DNA of 27,689 bases from positions 391 to 28,079 of the forward strand of contig JALTLO010000011.1 in assembly GCA_027001995.1 (NCBI GenBank), written 5' to 3'. This DNA comes from Planctomycetota bacterium (GTDB lineage: Bacteria; Planctomycetota; GCA-002687715; DRQF01). The notes under the pieces were generated by a model. It was not told the DNA's origin. It saw nothing but the letters and a program-made list of their open reading frames with translations, and searched no databases. Made by a program: the position numbers and the translations under genes. Shown piece after piece: positions 1 to 7,206 of the stretch. Numbering within the stretch: position 1 is the stretch's first letter; each line of letters starts with the position of its first letter.

Positions 1-222
1 CCAAGGATGCACATGGTGCGCTATTACGGCGTCTACGCCAATCGGGTCCGCAAGGACTACGCCAAATCTTCGTCAGTGGACTTGGCCTGCAATGATGATC
101 TCGACGATCTCTCAATAGGCGAGAAGAAGATGATTGGCCAAGTTCATAAGCGAGACTCAGAAGGGAATGGCAATTGTCGCAAGTTCGATGGCGTTATATC
201 GTCGAAATTTGAGAGGTCATAA
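1..222 (+). pseudogene. C-terminal fragment of an IS91-family (HUH/Y2) transposase, degenerate, runs in from the window edge
   Basis: Frame 1 reads PRMHMVRYYGVYANRVR, matching the P..HxVRYYG motif of IS91-family Y2 transposases. Downstream residues only weakly resemble the usual C-terminal zinc-ribbon region, so it is probably decayed. Confidence 0.6.
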
Positions 223-351
223 ACCTCTATTAGCCTTTATGCGCTTTTGACTGAGAGACGTCACTACGCCCTGGTAATACTTCACTTCACCCTCAACCAC
301 TTCCACATGTAACCTTTAACCCGACTCTTCTGGGATCATGGGTCCCCTTGC

Positions 352-376
352 CCATTCTTGGCTTGCCAATCAATGG
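352..376. terminator. Imperfect hairpin between convergent genes (copy at 6115-6139)
   Basis: CCATT-C-TTGGC-TT-GCCAA-TC-AATGG, followed by CCCGTTTT on the + strand. No U-tract on the - strand. Confidence 0.3.
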
Positions 377-393
377 CCCGTTTTGTCAGATCG

Positions 394-2628
394 CTACCAC
401 TGAAGTAGCTCTACGGCGTTACTGATGGCGAAGTAGGGGGCTGTGGGGACACCCATGACAGCTTGGAAAGTGGCGAACGGCAAACGGTGGTTCAAAGGAA
501 AAGGAAAGGGAGGAATCATGAAGTAAGGCATGGAGGCTTGGAGAGACAAAAGCCCTGTGGCATCGGTGTAAAATAGGTAATCGACACCACCTGCGGGGGC
601 AAAACCATTGCCCCAAACCGTCAGGGCCGTGGGGATGCCGGTCACCAGATCGACGGGACCGCCCATATCCATCTGGCCAATGCCTGGAAACGTCGCGTTC
701 CTTAGGTTGAGGTCACCAGAGAGAAGCATGACGGGTTGCAAGGGTAAACCTTCGAAGACGTAGTTCAAAACAGCGGGATAGAAATTGGAGGTGGTGTAGG
801 GCCCGTTCTCACCAGAAGTGACCTCTTGCACATTGGCGTTGGTAGCACCATTGATGTCCAGGGTAGCTAAGCCCAACTGGGGAGCTTGACCAATGAGGTT
901 TGTAGACTCATCGAAGATAGAAACGTCGTCGACGCTCATGGTGTTGTTATTGCCACCAAGGCCTTCAAAGTAAAGGACAATGATTTCGTCTTTCCAAGGC
1001 GTAAGATCGGCTCTAAAAAGTCGCCAGACATCGGGGCCAGAGTTGGCAAGCTGAGTCAGGATGCTCGTTGTTATGCCCGTCGTCAGGGAGTGGATCTTCA
1101 CACGCAGTTGGGCAGAGAATAGACCGAACGAACCGAACATTTCTCGGTTGTGGTAAAACGTCAAGGTAGGTTTGGTGAGGCCGCGGAGTTCGATGCAGGG
1201 GCTTTCCAAGCTTCGTTGGGGATTGCCCGTGCCCAAGGAGGCATAACGCCCCACATCGGAGTGGGAGGTGTGATCGACGTCGGGAAAGACAGAAGGAGAA
1301 CTGCCAAATTGTGGAGCCCGGACGATGAACCATTCTAATTCAGTTCCTATAGGACTGATTTCACCTTGCCTTTGATGCCAACCAAAGGGCGGTACAATTG
1401 TGGCGGACGGGATGCTCGAAGGGAAAACATCGTCATCGAAGTTTTCTAACCAAGGAAACTCAGACACGACCCCTGGGCCACCACCACGAAAATCAAGTTC
1501 TAAGACATCGTTGCCGGGCTGGGTGTCTCCAGGAAAATTAGTCGTCACCCGGACGGTGTGCAGTCCTTCTTGCTCTAAGTCGATGGTGTTTGCAAAAGTG
1601 AAAGGCAAACTTTCACCAGGATTCAAATTGTTCGCCAACACAAGAGATTCCGTCACCACGACAGAACCATCTACGGACACGGTCATGGGAATGGCCGAGC
1701 CCGCCGAAATGGGCGTCAAGCCAGGATTGCAAACCACCACTGAAAGCACTTCAGCTGATGAGTAGTATTGGCAGCGGGCCAGACGTCTATCGGGTGACGT
1801 GATCTCCCCTGCTCCCACGTCAATAACACCATTGGCTAATTCAACCTTGGAGGTCATGCGAATCAATGCTGGGCTTCGGGCCACGTCCCAGACTCGGAAT
1901 TCGTCGATGCTGCCTATCCAGGCCCCCTGGGCGGCCGACGGGAGTTGGCCAATTTGCCACATCCCTCCACTCGCCAAAGTTAGAATGACCGGACTGCCAA
2001 AGAAGTCCGTTGGAAACGCAACATCGACTAGTTCTGCGTCAAAATAGAGGAAAAGCAAGTTTAGCGATGGATCGTAAACAATGGAAACGAATGTCCATTC
2101 GTTCAGTGGCAGTGGCGGCCCAAGGTCTTGCACTAGGGCTGGCGAACTCGAGAACGTAAAACGGAACTCCCCAATGCTATTCTCCTGAAGCGAAAGACGA
2201 AACAAAGCACTCTCTGTAATGACACCAAGCGCACCAACAGGAATCGAGGGCTCAGGCTTAAGGGCAAATTCAAAACTAAAAGCTCCCGATGTCCCAAAAA
2301 TTGTACCAGCATTAACAATGTCGAGTCCGAGTTGACTAGGCTCCCATGCTGCACTTCCCAAATAAGGATCAGAGAGATTCCAACTATTAGAATTCGTCAA
2401 AGTTGGGTTAGTACTCGGCTGCCCAGGTACCGCCAAATCCGCCGTTGCTGTACCCGCCCCTTCATTGAATGGCAAATAGAGGATCTGTGGCAACTGCGCA
2501 TCTGCGCTCGTTGACACAAAGCAGATCATGAGCAAAATCATGAAACGACTCAAGTGAGCGCCCTTGAAGAGACTTCCCAGACAGAAAAGCACAGAGTCCA
2601 ATCCCATCAGATGTTTTCCGTTTGACAT
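394..2628 (-). CDS. Secreted multidomain protein: LamG-like (ConA) jellyroll + Ig/CARDB-like + MAM-like + C-terminal ~170-aa domain
   Basis: 744-aa ORF with AGGA 8 nt upstream of the ATG. Signal-like segment (ILLMICFVSTSADA|Q); LamG motifs (LPFNEGAG...EWTFVSIVYD...GSIDEFRVW); NPG...PGES...DTQPGND Ig-like segment; MAM motifs (FPWLENFD, DHTS, LESPCI, SVDDVSI). The true start may be a downstream ATG (2607 or 2541). Confidence 0.85.
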   Translation of the reverse strand: MSNGKHLMGLDSVLFCLGSLFKGAHLSRFMILLMICFVSTSADAQLPQILYLPFNEGAGTATADLAVPGQPSTNPTLTNSNSWNLSDPYLGSAAWEPSQLGLDIVNAGTIFGTSGAFSFEFALKPEPSIPVGALGVITESALFRLSLQENSIGEFRFTFSSSPALVQDLGPPLPLNEWTFVSIVYDPSLNLLFLYFDAELVDVAFPTDFFGSPVILTLASGGMWQIGQLPSAAQGAWIGSIDEFRVWDVARSPALIRMTSKVELANGVIDVGAGEITSPDRRLARCQYYSSAEVLSVVVCNPGLTPISAGSAIPMTVSVDGSVVVTESLVLANNLNPGESLPFTFANTIDLEQEGLHTVRVTTNFPGDTQPGNDVLELDFRGGGPGVVSEFPWLENFDDDVFPSSIPSATIVPPFGWHQRQGEISPIGTELEWFIVRAPQFGSSPSVFPDVDHTSHSDVGRYASLGTGNPQRSLESPCIELRGLTKPTLTFYHNREMFGSFGLFSAQLRVKIHSLTTGITTSILTQLANSGPDVWRLFRADLTPWKDEIIVLYFEGLGGNNNTMSVDDVSIFDESTNLIGQAPQLGLATLDINGATNANVQEVTSGENGPYTTSNFYPAVLNYVFEGLPLQPVMLLSGDLNLRNATFPGIGQMDMGGPVDLVTGIPTALTVWGNGFAPAGGVDYLFYTDATGLLSLQASMPYFMIPPFPFPLNHRLPFATFQAVMGVPTAPYFAISNAVELLQW

Positions 2629-2661
2629 GGCAAAATCCTGTTGAATCGAATTCTCGACTTA

Positions 2662-5600
2662 CTATTGAACATTCTTGACGTGAACCGTGACAGCGCCACC
2701 TTCAAACATGACATCAACACCCGGAACGGCAAAGCCTTTTGGAATGAACCAGGCCCCCGGTGGATTAAAAGTAGAATAAGGCCCCGTGACGCTATAGTCC
2801 ATCAACACAATTCGGAGATATAGGTCGCCATTGCCATTGCCATAGGGAACGTAGTCCCAAGCCAAACCATATGGCGACGTACTGACCACACCCCCATTTG
2901 TAGTCGGCGCCATCGTTGGCGGGGATGTACTCTCGCCTAAGGCCGCGCCAAGGAGGCCAACTGCCGAATCTGGAGAAATCGCATTCTCTTTCGACGTAAT
3001 GGAAAGTTGCTGACTAAGACGCTCATACACGATGGGGATAGGCTTTTTTTCTGGATCAATGTAGTTGCCCAATTTGGGCACTTTTCCGCCACTCATGGGA
3101 CCAAAGTAGTCCAAACAGTCCATGCGTTGATGCAGAAAGAAGCTAAGAAAATCGAACGACGAGGCTGAGGTCTTTGGCTTGTATTCGTTGGGCATCATCG
3201 GAACTGAAAGAATCATCGGTATCTTCAATGTCACCCAATCCCCCGGTCGGCAAAATCGCATGACGATGTTGAAGTTTTCAAAGTCAATAGGGGTACCGGG
3301 GCCGACCGTTGGCGTGGGAGGTGTCACTTCGTAAACCTCACCTTGCTTGATGTTGAAGGGATAGAGGTTCGAAAAAAAGCTTTCGGCTGCATCATGGATG
3401 TGATGGCTATCAATAAAAGGCGCTGGGCCTCCACCTGGGACGACACGGGTCAGACGCATGAACGCTGCCACGCCGTTGGACCCGGAGCCATGGGTCCCGT
3501 TCTTATCCCAGAAAAGCATCTGGACGATTCCCCTGCCCGACTCTGTCGCACTCCGCGGAAGATCGGGAACCCGCCAAGCATTCCAATCAGCATCCCAGAT
3601 AGCGTCATCTAAGCCAGGAGTCCCAGTTTTACTGGCTCCCGTGTGCAGCATAGCTGGTTGATCGGTGGTGATGTATCCGGCGGGCCCACTCTGGCCTGGA
3701 GCTCCAAAACTTGTGACCGAACCGTCAGGATTCCAGAGCACGGCGTGATTCACGGCGTTGGCACCGGGGAGTCCTGTACGAAAGAACACCCGGTTCTTCA
3801 TGGGTACGTTGGTGAAGGAAGCACCAATCATCATATTGCGGGGATCTGTGTTGTATTCGATCTTCTGGAGCCGGTTGATAATGGCGGCGGCTTTTCGCGG
3901 GATTCCCCCGGATGCGACTTGGTGAGTATTGAAATTCACAAACTCAACGTCATCAACCGTGACTTGGCCATCATAAACTTCAAAACCCCATACGCCACCA
4001 TTGGGGTACAAGTTCATCTCTAAACTAATCGTAGATAGACTGCGACCAGCGAAGATTTCCTCCACATCCCAACCGCTCGCAATAGTTCCCGTGTTTAAGG
4101 ATTCGCCGATAACAAGGGAGTCCTTGAAAGTTGTGACGGCCTCACCGTCGCTGCCAGGAAAGGCAATGCTCGCGGCATAAAGTCCGACTTGGCAATCAGC
4201 CACTCTCAAGTTTTCCCAAAGCACATGGCCAAAGTTGCGACTAAAGATGCCGTACTGCCCACATTTGTACGCAGTGAAACCATCTACTTTGAACGCGTGG
4301 TTCGCAGCTTGCCCCCATTGGATGACCTGATGGTCACCAAAGTAGCCATGCTCAACGGAAGAGTGGGCCAAATTGCCGTCAAACGACCATTTTGGGGTTG
4401 GCGTGTTCGTATTAGGCGCTGGGAGAGCTGGGCCGAATGGTACGCCATTCGGGACGGGCAAAGGCTCGATTCCCTGGTAGGAAAACACTTCATGAGGATT
4501 TTCAATCCAGAAGCCCGTTCCTTCAGACCCTGCTGAGATGTTGTTGTCGACAGTGCAATCCAAGGTCTTAATCCAAAAAGTCGACGGTGCCTTGTCTCTC
4601 TTGTTCAAGGGCTTCAGAATAGTTTGCCCTGTTGGATCCTTCGGATCGACAACACCGTCCTCAGCTGCAAGTGTCGAAAGCCCCAAGTTGCCGGTGAGGG
4701 TACAACCTTTTTCAAGGCCGGATGCGAAATAGAATGCGTGGCCGTAGGTGTGGTAAGAGACATTGTCGGTGAGCTGAACATTTGTTGTGTGGTGCACAAC
4801 GATGGAGCGATTGTAATTGTGATGAAACGAAGAGGCCCCAATGCGCCCCACCGCCATAGCCCCGCCGTAGTGGAAATGGATGGGATACTCGCCTTCGACT
4901 AGGCGATTACCAAGACCAGTGAATTCGACCCAGTTGATGTTGACCCGAGGAGCTGGAGTTGCTGGAGTATGGTCGCTGGGCCCCGTACCGGGTGCTGGAT
5001 TCTCGCCGAACCGAATGAAACCGCCCCATTTCGTTGTGGCTGGCCCCACAGGCCCTTGAACCGTAATATTGCGGGAAAGAAGGCCCACTTCCGCTGCAAT
5101 TTTCATGGTTTTGGATGGACCTGGATCTAAGGTGCCGACAAAATGCTGAAAGGTCGCGGGGTGATCTATGCCATATTCCATCCTGGAAGGTGGAGGGAGG
5201 TTCGTGACCGATGTTATAGTGAATTCTTCGGCATCGTTGGTGTCGTAGTCTGTTGAAGCAACCACGACCTTGTCGCCCACAGCCCACCCAGGATTGCCAA
5301 CTACTCGTATTCTGTTTTGGCCGGTGAGAAGAGTTTCTGAGAGACGACCGTGTGGGAGCTGGCCATTCTGATTGCCCCACATCCTGATGTTTCCACCGGG
5401 ATCCACGAAGAGTCGCCCAGGGGTTGGTGGCGAGGTGGAGAAATCTTCTGCTAATCGAATGTTCAGATTTCCTGTGAAAGGGGAAAGGGACGTGCCAACC
5501 TTCAATTTTCCGCCATTTCGAACATAGAGGAGTTCAAAGCACCAGTCCTGAAGGTTGTTGTCAACAATCAGCGTGCCGTCAACAATAATCGCCTTGGCAC

Positions 5601-5918
5601 AATCGATAAGAAGATCGAGAGTCACAGTGTGGCCTGCTTGGATCAGGATGATGTCTGTGGATTGAAGGGGGACTGTTGTGGTGATGGGCGCCACAGGAGT
5701 CCATGTTGTTGCCGAACTCCAAAGCCCAGTTCCTGCAGATGTATGTGTTGGGGGTTCCGTTGGATAAGGACCCGGGCTTTGGCTAAACGCCGTTAAGGTT
5801 AGGCAGCAAAGGACCATAACTGAACTGCTGAACTGCTGAACTGCTGAACTGCTGAACTGCTGAACTGCTGAACTGCTGAACTGCTGAACTGCTGAACTAG
5901 GGCGACGAGGCTTCTCAT
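2662..5918 (-). CDS. G8-domain / CEMIP-TMEM2-like right-handed beta-helix protein, secreted; out of frame with its likely native start because of an 8-bp repeat tract
   Basis: G8 start (GLWSSATTW..VP..I.AGHTVTLD), AEVGLLSRNI, VEFTGLG..GEYPIHFH, HHNYNRSIVVHHT, GHAFYF are all typical of the G8/PbH1 family. ATG 5918 has a GGAAGGA RBS and reads MRSLVALV. The body frame resumes at ATG 5817 (MVLCCLTLTAFSQ). The listed TTG start at 6132 lies inside a duplicated segment and is not credible. Confidence 0.85.
5820..5898. repeat. Perfect 8-bp tandem repeat (TGAACTGC on +, AGTTCAGC on -), 9 full units plus a partial unit
   Basis: Read directly: TGAACTGC x9 at 5821-5892, then TGAACT to 5898. Confidence 0.98.
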
Positions 5919-6097
5919 TGGCTTTCCTTCCACAGATTCCAAATGAACGGAATTTGAGTGATTCTCGCGAATGAATCGGCTCAAAAGTGATAATTTGGCG
6001 CGCTTGGCTCTCTAACAGATTCCCACAATAAACTGTGGACGAACCATTGCGCAAGATATTTCTTGCAAAATAGTGCCTACATCTGTTCTTGCCCAGA

Positions 6098-6433
6098 ATC
6101 ATGGGGCCCCTTGCCCATTCTTGGCTTGCCAATCAATGGCCCGTTTTGTCAGATCGCTACCACTGAAGTAGCTCTCCTGCGTTGCTGATGGCGAAGTAGG
6201 GGGCTGTGGGGACACCCATGACAGCTTGGAAAGTGGCGAATGGCAGAGCCCGCCGAAATGGGCGTCAAGCCAGGATTGCAAACCACCACTGAAAGCACTT
6301 CAGCCGATGAGGAGTACTGGCAGCGATCCAGACGTCTATCGGGAAACGTGATCTCCCCCGTTCCCACGTCAGTGACACCATTGGCTAATTCAACCTTGGA
6401 GGTCATGCGAATCAAGGCAGGGCTGCGGGCCAC
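6098..6433 (-). pseudogene. Remnant paralog of the 394-2628 gene with an internal deletion
   Basis: 6098-6245 aligns to 335-482 (offset 5763) and 6238-6433 aligns to 1689-1884 (offset 4549), about 94% identity. The two parts join at a GAA(C/T)GGC microhomology, with 1214 bp missing, which causes a frameshift. Confidence 0.9.
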
Positions 6434-6541
6434 ATAGACATCAACACAGATAGACATGATCCCTCCCCACTTCGATCTCACCATCTGCGGCCAATCAAGA
6501 ATTCTCGCGTCAACAAGAACGGAACGAAGAACAGGAACAAA

Positions 6542-6646
6542 ATGGTCCGACGGGTTAAGAAAGTCGGTCGTCGTCGTCGAAGAAGAAGGAAGAAGCTGGC
6601 TATCGCCAACAAGGAACTGTGGAGAAGGCGTTCTTCGGGTACATAA
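6542..6646 (+). CDS. Candidate 34-aa Arg/Lys-rich peptide (below the ORF-track cutoff)
   Basis: MVRRVKKVGRRRRRRRKKLAIANKELWRRRSSGT*, with AGGA 5 nt before the ATG. It overlaps antisense ORFs, so it may be a shadow. Confidence 0.25.
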   Translation: MVRRVKKVGRRRRRRRKKLAIANKELWRRRSSGT

Positions 6647-6792
6647 CGGACGGTGACGCAACAAAGAGAGATTGCGCAACTCTGCCCATGATCGTTGTTG
6701 TAGCCAACCAACCCCAAAGTGGTTGATTCATGAGGCGATGCTGGCGTGCAATATCCTCAACAACATGTCGGCTGTAGGGCGACCAGATTCTG

Positions 6793-7035
6793 TCAAAATC
6801 GCGAGCTGAAATGGGCTGTTGGAGCTACTGCTCTTGTCTCAGTTTGCTCCGTACACCAGCGGACCAAACGTTCGCAGCGGAGACAGCGCCCACCAAGTCT
6901 TTCTTTAGCTATGCCTCCGTGCCATACTCTTTTGTCGGCCAAGGCCGAGAACTCGGACACCAAGTCCATCACCCCATCGTCACCAAGAAGTTCGTCGAGA
7001 TCGTCTCTCATTTGTTTGAAGACCACATCTGACAT
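6793..7035 (-). CDS. Small hypothetical protein (possibly the 5' part of a decayed gene), divergent from the retron
   Basis: MSDVVFKQMRDDLDELLGDDGVMDLVSEFSALADK... reads as natural amphipathic helices. The 3' half is less convincing and no family was recognised. Confidence 0.35.
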   Translation of the reverse strand: MSDVVFKQMRDDLDELLGDDGVMDLVSEFSALADKRVWHGGIAKERLGGRCLRCERLVRWCTEQTETRAVAPTAHFSSRF

Positions 7036-7040
7036 CAATC

Positions 7041-7201
7041 AAATTGACTGGGTGCTGAGGAGAACTCCTCAGAGGTCAATCAGGTTCATAGCTCGCCGAG
7101 TTCTAAGATGGGATTGTGTTCCTGACGCCAAGTATCGGTGTTATCCAAGGAAGAGCTATGAATCATTCACGACCTGCTCGTTAGGGCCACCCGATCCATT
7201 T
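7041..7201 (+). ncRNA. Putative retron msr-msd non-coding RNA
   Basis: Outer inverted repeat AAATTGACTGGGTG (7041-7054) / CACCCGATCCATTT (7188-7201): 11 Watson-Crick pairs plus 1 GU of 14. Perfect hairpin CTGAGGAG/CTCCTCAG (7055-7072). Long stem with perfect TTCATAGCTC/GAGCTATGAA (7085-7094/7153-7162), extendable by CAGGT/ACCTG (7081-7085/7172-7176). Ends 5 nt before the RT ATG. Confidence 0.6.
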
Positions 7202-7206
7202 TTCTT

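Noticed and set aside
335..393. Integron attC site (repeated element after gene ends)
   Set aside because: No RYYYAAC/GTTRRRY core ends and no integrase in the window. The second copy is explained by paralogy.
5820..5898. CRISPR array
   Set aside because: Contiguous 8-bp units with no spacers.
5919..6132. N-terminal extension of the 1156-aa ORF
   Set aside because: The TTG start lies in the duplicated 3'-flank sequence and the translation is not protein-like. A better RBS + ATG exists at 5918.
6505..6545. AAC-rich stretch (GTCAACAAGAACGGAACGAAGAACAGGAACAAA) resembling a DGR template repeat
   Set aside because: No matching variable repeat was found by eye in this window. A remote target cannot be excluded without a genome-wide search.
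6149..6679. 176-aa ORF as a real gene
   Set aside because: It is a chimeric read-through: unrelated sequence, then the paralog remnant, then an out-of-frame tail after the deletion junction.
6775..7197. Imperfect direct repeat TAGGGCGACCAGATTC (6775-6790) / TAGGGCCACCCGATCC (7182-7197)
   Set aside because: 13/16 identity with two copies only; could be chance and no function can be assigned.
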